This document shows positions 61,733 to 61,745 of a stretch of DNA of 61,745 bases, piece by piece; the first letter of the stretch is position 1, and each line of letters starts with the position of its first letter. A model generated the notes under the pieces. That model was not told the origin of the DNA. It saw nothing but the letters and a program-made list of their open reading frames with translations, and ran no database searches. Source of the DNA: Minisyncoccia bacterium (GTDB taxonomy: Bacteria > Patescibacteriota > Minisyncoccia > Phycocordibacterales > UBA918); the NCBI GenBank assembly GCA_041738755.1, contig JBGSPE010000006.1, positions 1 through 61,745 of the forward strand, given 5' to 3'. The position numbers were made by a program, and so were the translations under genes.

Positions 61733-61745
61733 GTATGCACCAAGA

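Larger units (their letters stand above)
52197..61745. mobile_element. Accessory / mobile region (cassette array, candidate defence operon, ParB-methyltransferase module); right end lies outside the window
   Basis: Repeat-delimited single-gene units with mixed and mostly lower GC (by eye). Phage/plasmid-type ParB-MTase and HTH genes. No housekeeping genes. Confidence 0.55.

Noticed and set aside
1-61745. CRISPR arrays, rRNA genes, complete tRNA genes, reverse transcriptase/retron or DGR elements, and alternative genetic code (UGA recoding)
   Set aside because: I saw no regularly spaced direct-repeat arrays, no rRNA-like conserved stretches and no RT motifs in any ORF. TGA clearly functions as a stop, for example at the mreC/mreD ATGA junction at 37040-43 and at operon genes 3/4 at 55921-24. 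Long genes are intact under the standard code.

Overview
The window looks like a conserved housekeeping core from a small, streamlined bacterial genome, flanked by two accessory regions. My lineage guess is Patescibacteria/CPR, possibly Saccharibacteria-like. This is low-confidence inference from a class I LysRS, a short ProRS with no editing insertion, an HTH-MurA fusion, a P-loop-less delta-prime and an ATPase-dead PriA.

Core (about 7.5-52.1 kb):
- Transport and pigment genes: nhaB, a ClC channel, and a carotenoid module (polyprenyl synthase, crtB, crtI, UbiA prenyltransferase).
- Translation and replication genes: csp, glutaredoxin, DUF167, hpf, fmt, def, priA-like, holB-like, frr, proS, greA, lysS (class I).
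- Envelope and division genes: HTH-murA, two mreB paralogs, mreC, mreD-like, PBP2, rseP, and mraZ-rsmH-ftsL-ftsI-murF.
- Others: a VirD4/TraG-like ATPase followed by acidic and proline-rich proteins, bcp, DUF1295/DUF2177 membrane proteins, and a secreted EEP (sphingomyelinase-like) enzyme.

Left accessory region (1 to about 7.3 kb):
- It starts at a tRNA 3' end.
- It is AT-rich and carries a large serine recombinase, an HTH protein and an AAA-ATPase + RloB/Toprim-like pair (AbiL/PARIS-like defence).
- A GC-richer two-gene module follows, bracketed by a 22-nt identical hairpin repeat.

Right accessory region (about 52.2 kb to the window end):
- A string of single-gene cassettes is separated by a recurring GTGAC-N16-TGGAACC repeat.
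- A tightly coupled five-gene operon follows: PD-(D/E)xK nuclease protein, 7-TM protein, double zinc-ribbon protein, 4-TM protein and a MazF/PemK-like protein. I cannot assign it to any named system, and it is my top candidate for a novel defence-type system.
- A ParB-methyltransferase / HTH mobile-element module closes the window.

No rRNA genes, CRISPR arrays or complete tRNA genes were seen. TGA is used as a stop codon, so the standard code applies.
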